Assembly: GCF_000009705.1 (NCBI RefSeq)
Contig: NC_003272.1
Coordinates: 3,150,001 to 3,182,000, forward strand
DNA length: 32,000 bases
Source: Nostoc sp. PCC 7120 = FACHB-418
GTDB taxonomy: Bacteria > Cyanobacteriota > Cyanobacteriia > Cyanobacteriales > Nostocaceae
Direction of reading: 5' to 3'
Of this stretch, positions 24,958-30,900 are shown piece by piece. Under the pieces are notes generated by a model. It was given only the letters and a program-made list of their open reading frames with translations, was not told the DNA's origin and searched no databases. Within the stretch, counting starts at the first letter, position 1. Every line of letters starts with the position of its first letter. The translations under genes and the position numbers were made by a program.

Positions 24958-27900
24958 ATAAATCATCCTCTTCTAACTGCATTTTTTGAAGTAAAATCTC
25001 TACTTCTTCATCAGAAAGTTCATCTAAATTTGCCAGTAATTCTTGTGGATTAATACGTTCAATAGGTTCAATTGTAATTTCTTGTTTTGCTTCCCACTGT
25101 TGTTTGAGTAACTCAGCTTGTGCAGTTAAGGTAGGATTGAGAAAAAATTCCCGAATGGGTAAATCAAGTTGGAGATTTTGCCGCATCTGAGTAATTATTT
25201 GAGTAGCTGATAATGAATTACCTCCCAATTCAAAAAAATTATTGTGAATGCTAGAAACTTCTACATTTAAAATAGATTGCCATAGTTGAGCTAGTGCTAT
25301 TTCTAATTCTGTAGAGGGAGGTATAATAGGCTGTTCAGATTGGCTAAATTGATATTCTGGCTGAGGTAACGCACGACGGTCAATTTTGCCATTTGGTGTT
25401 AATGGCAGCGTTTCTAGGGGAATATAGAGGCGGGGAATCATATATTCTGGCAATCTTTGTTGCAGGAATTGCCGTAGTTTTTGGGTAATTAATTCGGCTT
25501 TTGTTACCTTGGTTTGAGCAGTTTCAGGTGATAACCAACGGGTTGTCCAATGGGGGTCTATAATACCGCCTACAAACCCATGTAAGAATATTTGCTGCTC
25601 ATGTAAAATGAAATGTTCGCGGATCGCATCAAATTCTAAATCCCCAATGGGACACAAGCCTAAATTTTGATTTGGTGCGGTTTCCATTAATAGTTGACCC
25701 ATATAACCCGCTTCTAGTAAACAGAAGTCCCTAGATTTATCACCATAAACTGGCGAAATTGCTTGTAAGTCACCAATTAAAAAGATGGCAAATGCTGCTT
25801 GTGTAAAAATCTCTTGATTGATGCCATAGATACTACTATCAATGTTTGTCTCATCACTTAACTGGATAAGTTGATGTTTTTGGGGATGATAGTAATAAAA
25901 ACCAGCCGCTAAATTTTCAACTCGATGGGGTTTTATATAGATATATGTTTGGACTGGATATAAACTACCAGCCGAAGCATAGCGATATTTTGGTAATGGG
26001 GAATTTTCTAAATGTTGCATTTGCAAACACTCGAAAAATTCACCCAAGGCATTTAGAGGGATAGTTTCTGCTAAAAACTGTCTGTAACTTTGTCGCCGCA
26101 AATTGACTTGAGAAGATTTAACCCCAGGTAAAGCTACAGAATGCACCCCAGCATCAAATTTTCTGACTCCCTTTTGTTGCAATTTGAAATCCAGTTGTGA
26201 GGAGGAGTTAAGAGTGTTTTGACTAGCAATTACTTCTGGTTGCAATACCAGATAAGCAACTAATTGCTGTTGAGATAGTGCATTTCCCGCAGTTGTCACC
26301 ACAGCTTGAGTTATGGCTGGATGTTGTTGTAAAGCGGCTTCAATTTCTCCTAATTCAATTCGATAGCCATTAATTTTGACTTGAAAATCCTCCCGTCCCA
26401 AAAATTCTATTGTTCCATCAGATAAGTAGCGTCCTAAGTCGCCAGTTTTATATAGGGGTGTAGGGGTGTAGGGGTGTAGGGGTGTAGGGGGGAAATTCTC
26501 TCCCATGTCCAATTGAATAAATTTTTCCGCCGTTAATTCTGGATTTTGCCAATATCCTTTGGCGACTCCTAAACCACTGATGTAGATTTCGCCAATAGCC
26601 CAGGTGGGACAGGGTTCTAGGGAGTGGTTGAGGACGTAAACTTGTTGATTAGTCAATGAATAACCGTAGGGAATACTTTTCCAATTGGGGTCGATTGTCT
26701 CTATGGGGTAGAAAATTGACCAGATGGAAGCTTCTGTAGCACCGCCTAAGCTAATAATTTGGGGATGATTAAATTGGCTGCGGATGCGTGGGGGTAATGT
26801 GAGAGGAATCCAGTCACCACTGAGTAAAATTAGGCGGAGTGTCTGGTTTTGGGTGGGGGAGGTGTCAAGTAAAAGCTGCATCAGGGCGGGAACTGTGTTC
26901 CATATTGTCACCTGATGTTGGTTAATTAACTGCATCCAATGGGTGGGATCATTACCGCTTTTAGGAATGATGATTGTTCCGCCAGCCGCTAAAATGCCAA
27001 AGATGTCATACACGGATAAATCAAAACTAAGGGATGACACCGCTAAAACTCGGTCATTCTCTGTTACACCAAAGCGTTGATTAATATCTAATATTGTGTT
27101 GACTGCTCCCTGATGATCAATCATCACACCTTTGGGTGTTCCTGTTGAGCCAGAGGTGTAAATTACATAGGCTAAATCTGTGGGTTGACCTAACCCCCCA
27201 GCCCCCTTCCCTACAAGGGAAGGGGGAGAGTTTAAGATTGGTTCTACATCCGAAGAATCAGAGGGAGAGGTTAAAGCCTCTCTCCTTGTAGGAGAGAGGT
27301 TTGGAGAGAGGTCAACACATATCCGAGTTAGATGATCAGCCCATTCTAAAGTTGTATCTAACCAAGATTGGGTAAGTATAATTTGTGCTTGTGTTTCTTG
27401 TAATAGATGTAGACGACGCTGGGCTGGTAATTGCGGGTCAATGGGTACGTAGGCAGCACCAGCAGTTAGAATTGCTAAGGCTGCTACTATTTGTTCCCAA
27501 CCTTTATCCATGACAATTGCTACTAATTGGTTGGGAATTACACTTAATTGTTGTAAATGTTCGGCAAGATGACAGACGCGATCGCTCACCTGTTGATAGG
27601 TTAAAGTTTGTTCTGTGGTGACGATTGCGGTTTGGTTGGGTTGTTTTGCTACTTGCTGGAAAAATAGGGTTTGGAGGCAGGAGGCAGGGGGGCAGGGGGC
27701 AGGGGGCAGGGGGATGTGATTGGTATCGGGTTCTACTAACTGGTTGAGGAAATTACAGTAGGTGCGGAACATTTCATCTAACATTCCTGGGGGGAAAAGT
27801 TCATCAATGGTGTCCCAGTTAAATACTAATGCGCCGGCAACTTCTCCTACTTGATGGTCAAAATACACTTGGGAGGTTTGGCTGAGGCTGTATATTAATT

Positions 27901-30900
27901 CACCTTGCCAATTGCGGTTATCTTCTGGTTGTTGATAATCTTGGGTGAGGGTACTGGTAAAAACTACAGGCATTAATGCTTCTGTTACCCGTTGTTGCTG
28001 ACGCGCTAGTTGACGCAGTACCTCTACACCACTGAAATAACGATGGTCTAAATCATCCCACAGTTGGCTTTGGATGCGGTGAGCTAGTTCGAGGAAGTTA
28101 TTACACCCTGCACTCTTCATTTCTAGCAGCAGAGACGCTGTGAAGTCTCCGACAATTTGATTGACTTCGGGATGTAGGGGTAGACGGTTAAATAAGGTCA
28201 GATTTAGGGTGAAATTGGGTTGTTTGCTCCACCGTGAGAGAATTTTGGCAAAAGCAGCCAAAAGTATGCCGGATGGTGTAATTCCTGCTTCGCTGGCTTG
28301 CTGTTTGAGTTTTTGCCATTGGGTTGGGGATAAAGTTCCACTGCGACGGGTGAAATGCGGTTCTGTAATTTTACTGAGGGGTTTAGTTAAAGGTAATTCT
28401 GGTGCAGGAGGCAGGGTAGTCAGGCGATTTTGCCAGTAGGCTTGAGAACGGTGATAAATCGCTGAGTCTTGTAATGTTTTTTCTGTGAGGACGTAATCTC
28501 GGAAAGTTAAGTTAATGGGTGGTAACTCGACCTCTGGATTTTCCATAATTTGGACTAATTCTCTCCCTAATAAGCGAAAACTCCAAGCATCGCCGATTAA
28601 AACATCAAAGCTGATGCAGAAGCGGGTTTTGTTGTCATTTAATAAAATTGCTTGAATTTCAAATAAAGGATAGCTGTCAGTGGGGCGAACTTGATGAGAA
28701 AGGCGTTGGCGGATATCCTGGAGTGCAGAAGCTACCCCACGCAAATCTGTCACCGCAATTTTGAAATCCGGTACTTGTGATAAAACCTTTTGCTGTCCAT
28801 CAGCTTGGACAATCACCCGCAGCATATCATGACGCTCAATCAATCGCTGCATCGCCATTTCTACCTGTGCAACACTTAACCCCACCGTCTCAATTTCTTG
28901 ATAACCATGAGTAGCAATGTTACCCAACTCAAAAGCGGCGTTACGTCCGATGAGGTAAGCTTGCTGAATATCTGTCAGGGGAAAAGGTTGATAGCGTTCC
29001 TGGGGTTGGGGTTGAATTTTGGGTAGTCCGAAACCTAACCCCCTAACCCCCTTCCCTACAAGGGAAGGGGGGAATGTCAAAGCCTCTCTCCTCGTAGGAG
29101 AGAGGTCAATCTGTGCGGCTAAACTGGCAATGGTGGGAAACTGAAATAAATACTTTAGGGGTAATTCTACCTGCAAGGATTCGTTAATTCTCGCTACTAA
29201 CTGCATCCCCAGAAGTGAATGTCCGCCCAATGTAAAAAAGTTATCATAAATGCCGATAGGCTCAACTAAAAGTATTTCTCGCCAAATCACCTCTAAAGCT
29301 TGCTCTGTAGCTGTGCGAGGTGCTACATAACCAATTCCTAATTCTGAAGATAAATTTTCAACTGCGGGTAATGCCTTACGGTCAATCTTACCATTGGGAT
29401 TACGTGGCAGTGCATCCAAAGTCATGAAATGAGCAGGAATCATGTATCCAGGTAATTTATCTGTCAAATAATGCCGTAAATCTGCAATATTGATATTTTT
29501 AGGAGCAATATAAGCAACTAAATTTTTATCACCTGATGATGTTTCACTAGCAATCACGACAGATTCTTGAATTTCTGGATACTGACTGAGTAAAGCGTCT
29601 ATCTCGCCTAATTCAATGCGATAACCACGTATTTTTACTTGATTATCTAACCTACCTAAGTATTCAATATTGCCATCAGGCAGATAACGAACGCGATCGC
29701 CTGTTTTATATAAAGTGTTGACTGTTGATTGTTGACTGTTGACTGTTGACTGTTGATTAATAAACCTTTCTGCTGTTAATTCTGGGCGTTGCCAATATCC
29801 TCTGGCGACTCCTGCACCTGCAATGTATAATTCTCCTGGAACACCAACGGGTACTGGTTGTAAATGTTTGTCTAAAATATAAACTTGAGTATTGGCGATC
29901 GCACGACCAATAGGAGGAGTAGGACTATTTGGGGTAATATCTTTCAGTTCTATGTAAGTAGAATAAGTAGTATCTTCCGAAGGGCCATAAAGATTATAGA
30001 TGTGCTGAACATGGGGGAGTTGTTGAAGTTGCTGTACTAATTTCCATGTCAGAGGTTCACCCGCTAAATTCACTGTGTTCACAGAATGAGGAATAGCATT
30101 AAAGTTGAGAAGTTGAGTTATCGCACTTGGTACAGTATTAATTAACGTCACCTCATATTTAGCAGGTAAATTCGGCAATTCCAGAGCATTTTCTGCCAAA
30201 ATTACCTTACCCCCCCAACAAAGCGGGACAAAAATCTCAAACACCGATAAATCAAAACAAATAGAAGTAGCCGCCAACACCCCAGAAATCGCCTCATCAC
30301 AAAAAACCTCACGCGCCCAGTACAATAAACAAACTGGACTGCGATGCTCAATCATCACCCCTTTAGGCTTACCCGTAGAACCCGAAGTATAAATCAAATA
30401 AGCCAAATTCCCCGGCGTAACATCCGTCACAGGATTAGTAACAGGATATTCCCCAACACTCTCCCAATCTCCTAAATCAACAACCTTCTTTTCTTCCTTT
30501 GCGTCTTTGCGCCTTTGCGTGAGCATTACCTCCACTTTCGCATCATCCAAAATATACTGTAATCTCTCATCAGGATAAGCCGGATCGAGCGGAACATAAA
30601 AACCCCCAGCCTTGAGAATAGCTAACATCCCAATCACCATTTCCGGGGAACGTTCCAGACAAATTCCCACAGGCGTTTCTGGCTTAACTCCCAAAGTTTG
30701 TAAATAATAAGCCAGTTGATTAGCCTTAATATTAATTTCTCGATAAGTAAAAGCTTCCTCACCAAAAATCAAAGCAATTGCATCAGGAGTTCTTTCTACC
30801 TGCGCTGCAAATAATTCATGAATACACTCATGAGTAGGATATTCCCGTGATGTCGCATTCCAATTATTTAATAATTCTGCTTCCTGAGCAGTTAATAAAG

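Noticed and set aside
10483-29758. Tandem arrays as CRISPR
   Set aside because: The units are 7-8 nt, directly abutting with no spacers, and they are inside ORFs. No cas genes are present.
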